This document shows positions 29,455-39,255 of a stretch of DNA of 64,000 bases, piece after piece (position 1 is the stretch's first letter; every line of letters starts with the position of its first letter). This DNA comes from an uncultured bacterium. GTDB lineage: Bacteria > CSSED10-310 > CALFER01. The notes under the pieces were generated by a model. It was not told the origin of the DNA, did not search any database, and was given only the letters and a program-made list of their open reading frames with translations. The position numbers and the translations under genes were made by a program. Location: positions 25,648 through 89,647 of the forward strand of contig CALFER010000090.1 in assembly GCA_937951895.1 (NCBI GenBank), read 5' to 3'.

Positions 29455-30842
29455 GGCATCGCGCCGATTTCGATCATCCTGCGGACAACTGGATCATTCG
29501 TGGCGGTGCGATCGTCACCCCGGACGCCCTGATTCAGGGCGATATCCGGGTATCGGACGGTCGCATCGCCGAGATTGCCCCGGCCGTTCACGGAGTTTCC
29601 GCTCCGGAACTGGACGCTTCCGGCAAAATCGTACTCCCGGGGATCGTCGATCCCCATGTCCACTTTTCACTGCCGGTCGGTGAACGCATCACCTCCGATG
29701 ATTTTTCAGCCGGTTCCCGCGCGGCTCTGTTCGGAGGAGTCACAACCGCCATCGATTTTTCAACCCCCTCCCCCGCCATGTCCCTCTCGGATTCCATCCG
29801 CTCCCGTGTCCACGAACGACGGTTCAGTCGGATCGATATGGCGATCCACGGCACGATCTGCGGCTGGTCCGATTCCATGGCGACTGATATCGAAGCAGCC
29901 ATTGCCGACGGAGTCACCAGTTTCAAGTTTTTCACAACATACGAGGAGAGCGGCCGGAGAACGACGTACGGAGAGTTGGAAGCAGCCGCCCGATGCCTGG
30001 CGGATCTCGGCGTGATCATGACCGTACACGCCGAGGATAACTCGGTGATTCAAGCCTCTGCACCACGGAGTGATTCATTCAGTCTGTATGAATCCTCCAG
30101 ACCTGAAGCAGCCGAAGCCGAGGCAATAAGTCGATTGGCTTATATTGCGGATTCGATCGATGTCGGGATCTACATTGTCCATCTGAGTTCCCGGTTGGGG
30201 TACGAAGCGGCCGTCGGATCGAAGCTGATGCTGGAAACCTGCCCGCATTACCTGCTCCTCGATCGATCGCGTTTCGACCGACCGGATGGTTATCGGCATG
30301 CGCTTGCCCCCCCCCTGCGCAGCATCGAATCACAATCTGTGCTTTGGGAGGGGCTCAAAAGCGGCCGGATTGCGACGATTGCGACCGATCATTGTGTCTT
30401 CTCTCCGGAAGAGTATCGATCAGCCGGAGATCACTTTCGTCAGGCACCGTACGGTCTTCCGGGAGTCGAAACCTCACTGCCGCTCATGGTCACCCATGGT
30501 GTCAAGACCGGACGCATGAGTTGGAACGATCTGGCGGATCGGATGAGCACCGGGCCGGCGAAGATTTTCGGGTTATGGCCGGAGAAGGGTGAGATTCGTG
30601 TTGGGGCGCATGCCGATCTCGTGATTCTGGATCCGACCCATTCGCGGGCGGTCGAACCGCTTGATCTGCATAGCCGGACCGACTGGAATCCGTATTCGGG
30701 AATGATCCTTTTCGGATGGCCGGAAATCGTTTTTCTTAGAGGCCGGATTGCAATTGCTTCCGGTCAATGTTTTCTGGAGCCGGGAGCAGGCCGATACTTA
30801 CCGCGTGGCGTTTCGCATGACGCACACAGTCCCCTCGGATAA
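29451..30842 (+). CDS. hyuA: D-phenylhydantoinase/dihydropyrimidinase-family cyclic amidohydrolase (HyuA-like). The start is non-canonical.
   Basis: GIVDPHVHFSLPVGERITSDDFSAGSRAALFGGVTTAIDF matches E. coli HyuA ([40 protein letters not shown]). The homologous region begins near 29493, but the first ATG/GTG/TTG in frame is at 29778. CTG 29451 with GGGAGG 6 nt upstream is proposed as the start. Confidence 0.7.
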   Translation: MRHRADFDHPADNWIIRGGAIVTPDALIQGDIRVSDGRIAEIAPAVHGVSAPELDASGKIVLPGIVDPHVHFSLPVGERITSDDFSAGSRAALFGGVTTAIDFSTPSPAMSLSDSIRSRVHERRFSRIDMAIHGTICGWSDSMATDIEAAIADGVTSFKFFTTYEESGRRTTYGELEAAARCLADLGVIMTVHAEDNSVIQASAPRSDSFSLYESSRPEAAEAEAISRLAYIADSIDVGIYIVHLSSRLGYEAAVGSKLMLETCPHYLLLDRSRFDRPDGYRHALAPPLRSIESQSVLWEGLKSGRIATIATDHCVFSPEEYRSAGDHFRQAPYGLPGVETSLPLMVTHGVKTGRMSWNDLADRMSTGPAKIFGLWPEKGEIRVGAHADLVILDPTHSRAVEPLDLHSRTDWNPYSGMILFGWPEIVFLRGRIAIASGQCFLEPGAGRYLPRGVSHDAHSPLG

Positions 30843-31640
30843 TCGTCCATATCGAATCGCCTGCAGTTCCGCCATGATCGACACTGCGATTTCGGTTGGA
30901 TTGTCACCCCCGATATCGAGACCGATCGGTGAAAATACCCGGTCCAGTGCATCCCTTTGAACACCCGATTTTGCGATGTTTTCAAGAACCGTCCCGACTT
31001 TTTTCCTCGATCCGATCATCCCGATATAACGGGGAATCTCCGATTCGTTCCTGAGCAACGCATTGAGGACGTCCGAATCATATCGGTGATTATGGGTCAG
31101 GATGACGATCGAGTCGGATGGAAACAACGGCATGATCCCGGCATGTTCGACGGGGTGTGCGCAGATGACCGTGGTACGGTTGGAGAATCGATCTGCACGA
31201 GCAAAATCAGGGCGATCATCGATGATGGTGACATCGAATCCGCATCCCTGCGCAATCGGAGTTATCGCGGAACCGATGTGCCCTGCACCGAAAATGATAA
31301 TCCGGTCGAGAGGACGGAGCAACTCGTAGTAAAGCGTCATCAGACCGCCGCAAAGCATGCCGGTCTTCTGACTGACCGGGTTGATCACTCCGGATGTCAG
31401 GTCATACTCCTGCAGCATGTTCTGCTCACGTCCGGAAAACATCCGGCAAGCGGTTTCCTTCGCGATGTTTTCGATCGCTCCTCCACCGATCGTGCCCATG
31501 ATGTCCCCTGAGTGGCGAACCAGCATTTTCGATCCGGCAGCACGGGGAGAACTGTCCTGAGCGCGCACAACCGTCACCAGTACGGCGGGTTCGGCACTGC
31601 CGTTTTCAATGCGGATGATCTCTTCATAGAGATTCTTCAT
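30798..31640 (-). CDS. XdhC/CoxI-family molybdenum-hydroxylase accessory protein
   Basis: An N-terminal XdhC_CoxI domain is followed by a Rossmann-like IIFGAGHIGSAI. Convergent with hyuA, overlapping it by 45 bp. Confidence 0.7.
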   Translation of the reverse strand: MKNLYEEIIRIENGSAEPAVLVTVVRAQDSSPRAAGSKMLVRHSGDIMGTIGGGAIENIAKETACRMFSGREQNMLQEYDLTSGVINPVSQKTGMLCGGLMTLYYELLRPLDRIIIFGAGHIGSAITPIAQGCGFDVTIIDDRPDFARADRFSNRTTVICAHPVEHAGIMPLFPSDSIVILTHNHRYDSDVLNALLRNESEIPRYIGMIGSRKKVGTVLENIAKSGVQRDALDRVFSPIGLDIGGDNPTEIAVSIMAELQAIRYGRLSEGTVCVMRNATR

Positions 31641-31796
31641 GCTTGTTCCTCCGGGTTGACCTCTGATCGACAGGATATCCCCAACCTGCTCGATTTTCCA
31701 GCTATTCCTCCGTCCGTGATTCGGATCAACCCGGGGATGCGCGATGCTTGAGACATCCGGTCTGGTTCGCTATATTGCCCTTATGAGGCGCATCCC

Positions 31797-32711
31797 ATGA
31801 AACAGCGCTCCCTGATCCTGACCGGGGCAACCGGATTCCTGGGCTACAGTCTGATTCAGGAACTGAGTCCGTCCTTTAGAATCATTGCCGGAATCCATGT
31901 CCGGCAACCCCGATATCCGGTCAGCGAGACCGTTGCAGTCGATCTCGAAGGCGACCTCCCGGATCTGGACCGCCTCTGTGCCGCATCGACAAAGGCCGGA
32001 TCGCCGCCCATCATCCTGCATGCCGCTGCGGTTTCCACGGTACGGGAATGCGAGGAAAACCCGATTCTGGCACGGACAGTGAATTCGGATGGTACGGCTC
32101 GTCTGGCAGCCATCGCTGCGCGTTATGAATGCCCTCTTTTCGTCATCTCGACAGACCTGGTCTACGGCGCCGGCAGACCTCCATTTTCGGAATCCGAGGC
32201 GATGGCGACATCTGTGTACAGCAGATCCAAGCTTGAGGCGGAGGTGGCAGCGCAGTCGATCCATCCGGCATCCATCGTGCTCAGATGTGCGCTGATGATC
32301 GGCCCGGACACACCGTCGGCACCCTCGCATATCCGGAAAATGGATCGTTCGATCCGGCAGGGAACCGCATTGCATCTGTTTTTCGATGAATTCAGAACTC
32401 CTGTCTGGACTCCGGACATTGCCCGCGTCGTGCTGCGATCCATCGAGCTCGGGATTACGGGCCGGATCTACAATGTCGGCGGACCGGATCGAATCTCCCG
32501 GTATGATCTCGGATTACGGGCAGCCCGATTACTGGGCTGGCCACCTGAGCGTCTCGTTCCGGTATCGTCGGATTCGGTCGCACAGCCCGGACCTCGTCCC
32601 AAAGACTGTTCGCTCGATATCTCACGACTGAAGGTGGAACTGGGTCTCGACATGACTCCTGTTGATGCGGGACTTCAGATGCTTGCCCGGGATTGGAAAC
32701 GAGATGTCTGA
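31797..32711 (+). CDS. NAD-dependent epimerase/dehydratase family protein (RmlD-like)
   Basis: The N-terminal LILTGATGFLGYSL is the GxxGxxG motif. The YxxxK-type catalytic region is present. Confidence 0.7.
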   Translation: MKQRSLILTGATGFLGYSLIQELSPSFRIIAGIHVRQPRYPVSETVAVDLEGDLPDLDRLCAASTKAGSPPIILHAAAVSTVRECEENPILARTVNSDGTARLAAIAARYECPLFVISTDLVYGAGRPPFSESEAMATSVYSRSKLEAEVAAQSIHPASIVLRCALMIGPDTPSAPSHIRKMDRSIRQGTALHLFFDEFRTPVWTPDIARVVLRSIELGITGRIYNVGGPDRISRYDLGLRAARLLGWPPERLVPVSSDSVAQPGPRPKDCSLDISRLKVELGLDMTPVDAGLQMLARDWKRDV

Positions 32712-32982
32712 GCCTCGGCAGTGCTCGCGATGCGGCGCGCGACTCGGGCCCGGCATCCCGTCCTGGGTTTTGCGAATCGAGCTGACGGCGAATTTCGACG
32801 GGACGTTGGATTGTTCTTCAAAAGCGGCGAATGAGGCGGACCGGGCGATCGAAACGGTTCTCAGGCAGATCGAATGGATGGATGCAGAGACGCTTGAGAA
32901 TCAGGTCTATCAGTTCTTCGAGTTTACCTTGTGCCGGGATTGCCGGGATCACTACTCGGCGAATCCGCTGTACATTACGTGA
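32704..32982 (+). CDS. Small zinc-ribbon protein (CxxC ... CxxC), hypothetical
   Basis: Has CSRCGA ... CRDCRD. ATG 32704 overlaps the upstream stop. Weak support. Confidence 0.3.
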   Translation: MSEPRQCSRCGARLGPGIPSWVLRIELTANFDGTLDCSSKAANEADRAIETVLRQIEWMDAETLENQVYQFFEFTLCRDCRDHYSANPLYIT

Positions 32983-33274
32983 GGGAGTATCAAGGCAAGG
33001 CTGCATTCACAGGTTCGATACCATTCCACCACATCGACCAGGAGAGCAGCCACTCGGAAGGAATGCAGACAAGCGCGATCAGCAAAACGATGAGACAGCA
33101 GATGAGCAATCGATCGAAACGATCCTCGCATCGATCGATTGTGCGCTGTTCCGTGGGGGAGGCCGATCCGGGCGAACCGATATTCATCTCATTAATTTCC
33201 TGTTCATCGTCCATTTCATTTAATAAAATGGTGACTTTGAAGTCAAGCGGTCGAATGGTCGGGAAGCGAGACGC

Positions 33275-35164
33275 ATGGTGAAACTGGAATCGTGTCTGAT
33301 CCACACTCCTCAGCAGAATCTCCGCGCCATTGCCCTGCATCATCACATCGAACTTCCCGGGAACGCCGCACGAGCCGACATCGTCGTCGCTGTTCTCGAT
33401 CATCTCGGCTCACGCCATACCCTCAGCCGCCTGTTATCCTCTTGCACGGCGAATGAACGGGAGATCCTTCTGGCAATCCGAGCGACAGCCGGATCGATCG
33501 AGATCTCCATCCTGCAGAAAATGTTCGGAAGTGATGATCCCGATGTTCTTGCCAGATCCTTCTGGGGGCAGCCGGTGCCGGAAGGCATCGGGTCGCTTCG
33601 CCTCAAAGGCCTTGTTTTTCTGTTTTCAACCCCTGAGCAGACGGCTGAGAACTACGCCATTCCCGACGAGGTTCTCGCGTTGCTCAACGAAGACGTTTTA
33701 CCGGTTTCTGATTTGTCCGGGAGTGCACCTCCATACTATTCGGAGTTCTGCGATACGAACTGTTTGAAGGATTTCCTGACGTTTATCTGCGACGTCGATC
33801 GACGGAAAATCCGGCCGCTCACGGATGGATCACTGGGTTTGAGACATCGGAAGCACATCTCTGATTCCATTGCCGGAAACAATCCTCAAATCGCACGGGA
33901 GGAGATTCCGGAATATGTCTGTTTTCTTCATGCATGCGCCGTTCAGCTCGGTTTGCTGAAACACATCGGCGGCCGGTTGAGAATCGCGCGTTCCTTTGAG
34001 ACATGGGTCCGGCAGGAGCCATTCGATCAGTTACGGGATCTGTTCGATGCATGGAAGATGCTTCCCGGTTACGACGAGTTTCTCGGAATATCGACGATCC
34101 GAGTGTTGTCCGGGGGTCTCAGGCAGGCTCCCCGCCACGTTCGACTCATCATTCTTGACATGCTGCGTTCCGTTTCGCCCGGCGTCTGGGTGGACCTGAC
34201 GCGTCTGCATGATCACGCCGAGCGGAACCGACCTCGTTTTTTTCGCCCCATCCACCCGAAGCGACACTGGTCAGTCACGATCCCTTCCTCCGAGACCGAA
34301 CCCGATCATCCTTTCATGCTCGAACGGTTACTCCTCAATCATTTCATTCAACGCCACCTGTTCTGGCTCGGCATGATCCATCTCGGAACCGATGCACACC
34401 AGCACCCGGTCTCTTTCATGCTTTCGTTCACCGGTCACTCATTGCTTTGCGGAGGTACGCCTCCGGAGCGCAAGGAAGCACCGATACCCTGTGATCAGAT
34501 CATGGTGCAGCCTGACTTCGAGATTCTGATTTCAGAAACCGCGGTCCTGTCGGTCCGCTACATGGTGAGTCGGATAGGTGAACCGGCGGGATCCGGACCC
34601 GTCGACCGGTTCCGTCTGACGAGGAAGAGTATCGCGAGAGCGCTGGAAGCGGGTGTTGAATCCCATGAAATCCTTCGATTTCTGGATGCATCGAGTTCCG
34701 TCGGCATTCCGCAGAACGTGCGCGCTTCGATCGAGACCTGGATCAATCAGTATGGGCGCGTGCGGATCGGTTCAATGTTCTATCTCGAAACCAAAGACCA
34801 TTTCATCATGAAGGAACTACAATCGCATAGCAGCATTTCCGAATTGGTAGGCGACCCGATCGGGCTTGTCACAAACCGTCTCGACCCGGAAAAACTCATG
34901 CCCCTGGTCGATGAATTGAAACGCTGTGGCTATCTGCCGAAGATCGATCCGCACCTCAACGTCGATCTCGATGAACCACCGAAAACTCTGATGCTGTCCG
35001 AAACGCAACTGAAAGTACTGAAACGCCTATTGGCAACGGTTTTGCAGAAGAAACCGGCCTGGCTGGACGTACGATCGTTTGAAGTGATCGAAAAAATCGT
35101 GCGCACCAATCAGACGCTTTTTCCTGGAACTCATACAGACGCAATCTCTGAGAAGGAGGAATGA
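33275..35164 (+). CDS. Large hypothetical protein (629 aa), first gene of a nine-gene operon
   Basis: Long ORF, no Walker or other catalytic motifs recognised. Followed by 4-bp overlaps. Confidence 0.5.
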   Translation: MVKLESCLIHTPQQNLRAIALHHHIELPGNAARADIVVAVLDHLGSRHTLSRLLSSCTANEREILLAIRATAGSIEISILQKMFGSDDPDVLARSFWGQPVPEGIGSLRLKGLVFLFSTPEQTAENYAIPDEVLALLNEDVLPVSDLSGSAPPYYSEFCDTNCLKDFLTFICDVDRRKIRPLTDGSLGLRHRKHISDSIAGNNPQIAREEIPEYVCFLHACAVQLGLLKHIGGRLRIARSFETWVRQEPFDQLRDLFDAWKMLPGYDEFLGISTIRVLSGGLRQAPRHVRLIILDMLRSVSPGVWVDLTRLHDHAERNRPRFFRPIHPKRHWSVTIPSSETEPDHPFMLERLLLNHFIQRHLFWLGMIHLGTDAHQHPVSFMLSFTGHSLLCGGTPPERKEAPIPCDQIMVQPDFEILISETAVLSVRYMVSRIGEPAGSGPVDRFRLTRKSIARALEAGVESHEILRFLDASSSVGIPQNVRASIETWINQYGRVRIGSMFYLETKDHFIMKELQSHSSISELVGDPIGLVTNRLDPEKLMPLVDELKRCGYLPKIDPHLNVDLDEPPKTLMLSETQLKVLKRLLATVLQKKPAWLDVRSFEVIEKIVRTNQTLFPGTHTDAISEKEE

Positions 35165-35739
35165 CGATGCAACACTCCGGTTACTTGAAAGGGTTCATGA
35201 TCGTTCTCCTGGGAATCATCCCGGGCCTGATTGGACAGGCTGCCAACCCCCCACTGTTCGAACTGAAGAATCTTGACGGCGGCTCATACGCGCTGCAAGA
35301 TGATCTCGGAAAATCTGTCATCGTTCTCGACTTCTGGGCAACATGGTGCAAACCGTGTCTCCGGGAATTGCCGCATATCAACACGATTTACGAGAAGTAC
35401 CGTGAGAAAGGCTTGAAGGTGTACGCCATCTCTGTCGATGACGCCTCTTCGACCTCCAGTATCAAACCCACTCTCAAACGATACTCCTTCACCATGCCGA
35501 TTCTTCTTGATCCCAATAGTGATGTCATTCGCAAATACAACGCCAACCGGAACATACCGTTTCTCGTGATCATCGGTTCTGATGGCCAGATCGTCCGTGA
35601 TTTCACAGGTTATAAACCGGGCGATGAAAAACTGGTCGAGGAACTGGTCGAGGCGGAACTGGCGAAGATGAGCAAACCGGAATCCACCGCCGGGCAGTCC
35701 GCACCGAAGGAAGCAGAAACCGGAGGACAGACGGAATGA
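35161..35739 (+). CDS. TlpA/ResA-like periplasmic thiol:disulfide oxidoreductase (redoxin)
   Basis: N-terminal TM/signal sequence. Thioredoxin CxxC motif in LDFWATWCKPCLRELP. Confidence 0.75.
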   Translation: MTMQHSGYLKGFMIVLLGIIPGLIGQAANPPLFELKNLDGGSYALQDDLGKSVIVLDFWATWCKPCLRELPHINTIYEKYREKGLKVYAISVDDASSTSSIKPTLKRYSFTMPILLDPNSDVIRKYNANRNIPFLVIIGSDGQIVRDFTGYKPGDEKLVEELVEAELAKMSKPESTAGQSAPKEAETGGQTE

Positions 35740-37277
35740 CATTCCAGCGATTTCTTTGCATCGTTTTCTCCCTGGCTCTCCTCTCTGCACCGACCCTCGC
35801 GGGCACTCTCTTCGACGATTTCAAGTTATCCGGAACGTTTGAAAGTCAGTATTGGAATCATGACCCCAACGACTGGACCGACGGCGAAGATCCGGTCTAT
35901 GAAGGCCCTTATACATCCTGGGAAAACATTCTCGGACTCAATCTGGACTGGCGGTCCTATTTCGCCGAAGTTCGTCTCAGATCCATGCAATATACCGATC
36001 CGATTCATTATGACCCGAGGTCTCGCGAGCACGAAACAGACTTCGAGTTGTTCAAGTTTGCCGCGGGATATCGTGGAGAGTGGCTGAAAGTCACAGGCGG
36101 CGACTTCTACAAATCCTACGGACGCGGTCTCGTTCTGTTCGTCCAGGAAGACAAGGAACTCAATCTCGATCGCAGCATCCGCGGAGGTTCTGTCGATCTG
36201 ACTACCCGCTGGATCGATTTCAATATCTTCGGCGGAGACATCCGTTGGCACCTGTTTAAGGATCTTCTGAGTTCCATGACCATCGAAGATTTTAACATCA
36301 AGGATCGGGCAGTCGGAGCCAGAGCGGTCGGACATCTGCCGTTCAATATGAATCTCGGAGCCAGCTATGTCGCTGTGAAACAGTACGAGATCATCCGAGA
36401 TAAGTATGAAGACGAAGACCTGGCACTCGGAAGCGTCGATTTCCAGATCGCCGGCCTGTTCGATGGAATGCTGGACTTGTATACCGAGTATGCCGAACTG
36501 AAATGGGATTCCGAGGAACCCTTCGGTGAGGATCTCGATGACGGCAAAGCACTTTACTCCAGCATCACCTTGTATGCCGGCCCCGTTACGATTCTCGGAG
36601 AATACAAGGATTATGATTTCTGGGCATCTCGGTACAGCAGACCACCGACTGCTGACAGGGATGACGAAATCGCCGAGACCGACGATATCCGGGGTCCGCG
36701 AATCAGGGTGGATTACTTCCTCGCATCAACGGACACCCTTTTCTATGTCAGCGGGAGTCGATTCGACAATCATGCGCATGAAACCTCCTTCGGCAGCGTA
36801 TTCCGAAATCGAATCGATCATCTTTATGGTGGAATCGAGCAGAAATGGGATAATCTCTATGCTCATGTGACCTATGGCTACAAAAAATACGTCACACTGG
36901 ATGAGATTCACCGCCGGATTACCTCTGATATTGAATACACCATCGTCGGCAACCACAGCATCAATCTCTATTATGAGTATAAATTCACAGGAAATCCCGG
37001 TGCGGAAAAAGACGAGCATAAAAGCTATCTGACCTATTCCATCAGTCCCTTTCTCTCTGTGACTGCACACTACAGCAAACACATCATCCAGCAGACAGGA
37101 AAGAACAGGACCGAAGACGAATGGATCGCCGGCGAAATCAGCACGACGCCGATCCCTGCCCTGACACTCATGGTTGTTTACGGCAAACTGCCGCCAGGCC
37201 TCATCTGCAGCGGCGGCCAATGCCGGATCGCACCTGAATTTGAAGGCATTCAGGCATCGCTCAGTTACCGATTCTGA
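35736..37277 (+). CDS. Outer-membrane beta-barrel protein, function unknown
   Basis: Signal peptide (LALLSAPTLAG). Alternating amphipathic beta-strand pattern. C-terminal ...SLSYRF ends in the aromatic residue typical of OMPs. Confidence 0.5.
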   Translation: MTFQRFLCIVFSLALLSAPTLAGTLFDDFKLSGTFESQYWNHDPNDWTDGEDPVYEGPYTSWENILGLNLDWRSYFAEVRLRSMQYTDPIHYDPRSREHETDFELFKFAAGYRGEWLKVTGGDFYKSYGRGLVLFVQEDKELNLDRSIRGGSVDLTTRWIDFNIFGGDIRWHLFKDLLSSMTIEDFNIKDRAVGARAVGHLPFNMNLGASYVAVKQYEIIRDKYEDEDLALGSVDFQIAGLFDGMLDLYTEYAELKWDSEEPFGEDLDDGKALYSSITLYAGPVTILGEYKDYDFWASRYSRPPTADRDDEIAETDDIRGPRIRVDYFLASTDTLFYVSGSRFDNHAHETSFGSVFRNRIDHLYGGIEQKWDNLYAHVTYGYKKYVTLDEIHRRITSDIEYTIVGNHSINLYYEYKFTGNPGAEKDEHKSYLTYSISPFLSVTAHYSKHIIQQTGKNRTEDEWIAGEISTTPIPALTLMVVYGKLPPGLICSGGQCRIAPEFEGIQASLSYRF

Positions 37278-38209
37278 TGCGTCTCATCCACCTCACTCTC
37301 CCCCATTCTCACCCTCTCAGCCCTCATTTCGATCTTATACTCCCGACCGACAGACCACACGTCCGCCGGTCGGCCCCGTTCACGCCACCGCTCATCGCCG
37401 GACATTCCAATCCGATCGTTCTCACCGGACATGCAGTCATCACCGATTGGGAATCTTCAAACCGCCGATCCATCCCGGCCCTGGTCAGCCTTCCGGATCG
37501 TTCATCGTTAGCGAGACTCTGGAAGACACGATGGGCACTCGCCGAGCAGAATCGTCATTCGGACATCGAGATTGCTCTCGCGTTCCATCGGTGCGTCCTT
37601 GACTGCTCAGTCAAACCAGCCGAGGCATTTAGCTGGATCCCGGAACACCTTCGCACACACGGTCCCGATGAACTGTTGCGCGTCGGAGCATTGCCGCGAT
37701 CGTTTCTTATCCGGTTGCACACATCTTCCCTTGATTGGTCGACTGTAAGCAGATTGGCTGATTTTTATCCTTCGGACCGCAGAAGCCTTTTTTCGGTCTG
37801 TTGCCTGTTTTCACAGGCATCATCCAGCCAGTTTCGCATGATTGTCGATGTTCTTCAGGAACTCGCGATCATCGGCAACACGACGATACGCGATTATCTG
37901 CGAGATCCCGTCTGGCGGAAAAACGTAGCGGAGCGAACTCGAAAACAGCGCGCGCAACTCCTCACCACACATCTCAACCGACTCCGAAACCCCCTGCAAA
38001 CGAGATTCCAGGAAAAAATCAATGACATGATCGCTGATGTGGCGCTGCCTCCCGGGGCCAGACTGCTGACTCCGCCGGGAGGCGAGGGCTGCACGATTGA
38101 TCTGAACATGAGACTCACTTCAATCAACGAACTGGACGAGTATGCCGAGGCCCTCCGGAACAGTCGACAGGCAATCGAGCGACTCCTGACATTCTTGCGG
38201 GATGAATAA
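37277..38209 (+). CDS. Hypothetical protein
   Basis: ORF in the operon with coupled overlaps. No motif recognised. Confidence 0.4.
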   Translation: MRLIHLTLPHSHPLSPHFDLILPTDRPHVRRSAPFTPPLIAGHSNPIVLTGHAVITDWESSNRRSIPALVSLPDRSSLARLWKTRWALAEQNRHSDIEIALAFHRCVLDCSVKPAEAFSWIPEHLRTHGPDELLRVGALPRSFLIRLHTSSLDWSTVSRLADFYPSDRRSLFSVCCLFSQASSSQFRMIVDVLQELAIIGNTTIRDYLRDPVWRKNVAERTRKQRAQLLTTHLNRLRNPLQTRFQEKINDMIADVALPPGARLLTPPGGEGCTIDLNMRLTSINELDEYAEALRNSRQAIERLLTFLRDE

Positions 38210-39230
38210 CCGGAAGAGGGTCTCGCAATTCCTGATCGATGATTCTCTCACCCGACATCCGTTAATCGGTGAATTGCTCGCGTGTTGTCGCCCCATCCCC
38301 GTCGCGTGGTTTTCGAACTCCGCGGAGCAACTCCTGCGATCGATTCGCGGCCAATCGACTCGAACCGTCGTCATCACGCGGAACCCGGGACTCTTTTTCA
38401 AGCCCATGCATGCTTCGGGCGGGATCCCGGATCCGGAACGCATCGGACACTATCGCTTCGACATGCTGCAGGGATGTCCGGGGCGCTGTCTGTACTGTTT
38501 TTGCCGGTGTTACCTGAACACGCCTTCTCCGCATGTATTTTTGAACATCGAAGACGCAACAGGTGAACCGGCTTGTAGAGTTCCGAGCCGACTTGTAACC
38601 GGAGATATCGCCGACAGCCTCGCTCTCGGATCATTGTCGCTCCTTCTGCATGAGTATGCGGCGATATGCCTTCCGGATTCGCGCTTCGAACTGCGGTCGA
38701 AGTTCGCGCTTCCTCCCGGCTGGCAACGATTGGATCCCCGCCGATTCAGACTCGACTGGAGTATCAGCCCCGCACGGGCGATTCGATCGTTCGAGCCCGG
38801 CACCGATCACCTCGATACCCGTCTCGACTCGATCGGAAAAGCTGTGCAGGCGGGATTCCCGGTCGGGCTGCGTCTGGATCCTCTGCAGAATTACGCCTCC
38901 GATGATCTGTCGTACGTCGAACTGATCTGTGAAATCGCTCGCAGGATGAGAGGATGGATGCCGGAAGCCATCGTTCTGGGAGCATACAAGCTGACTCCTG
39001 AACTCAGACAACTCATCTTGAAGACATCACCGTTATCCGGGATCAACACGATCGAGTGGACATTATGCGAAGATGCCAAGTATCGTCCTTCTCGCGCACT
39101 CCGTATTCCGCTTTACCGCCGGATGATCGACCAGATCGATGCGTGTTTCCCGGGTGTGCAGATCCATCTGAGCATGGAGCCGGCGTGGGTATGGAATCTA
39201 TTCCCGAGATGCCGGGTGGAATCGGACTAA
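38202..39230 (+). CDS. Radical SAM protein, spore-photoproduct-lyase (SPL) family-like
   Basis: Has CPGRCLYC (CxxxCxxC). The overall layout resembles SPL-family radical SAM DNA-repair/lyase proteins. Confidence 0.6.
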   Translation: MNNRKRVSQFLIDDSLTRHPLIGELLACCRPIPVAWFSNSAEQLLRSIRGQSTRTVVITRNPGLFFKPMHASGGIPDPERIGHYRFDMLQGCPGRCLYCFCRCYLNTPSPHVFLNIEDATGEPACRVPSRLVTGDIADSLALGSLSLLLHEYAAICLPDSRFELRSKFALPPGWQRLDPRRFRLDWSISPARAIRSFEPGTDHLDTRLDSIGKAVQAGFPVGLRLDPLQNYASDDLSYVELICEIARRMRGWMPEAIVLGAYKLTPELRQLILKTSPLSGINTIEWTLCEDAKYRPSRALRIPLYRRMIDQIDACFPGVQIHLSMEPAWVWNLFPRCRVESD

Positions 39231-39255
39231 ACCTTGCGATAGCCGAACGAGTCTA

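Noticed and set aside
29778-30842. The track start (ATG 29778) for the hydantoinase-family gene
   Set aside because: About 95 residues of conserved N-terminal domain, including the DPHVHF metal-binding motif, are encoded in frame upstream of it. The gene must start earlier (the CTG 29451 proposal, or a sequence error).
33025-33050. tRNA-like T-loop string GGTTCGATACC
   Set aside because: The flanking sequence cannot form T-arm, acceptor or anticodon stems. It is an isolated chance match.
32990-33403. 137-aa minus-strand ORF spanning the leader and start of the nine-gene operon
   Set aside because: It overlaps the well-supported plus-strand start of 33275-35164 and the AT-rich leader. The translation has no recognisable features, so it is probably spurious.
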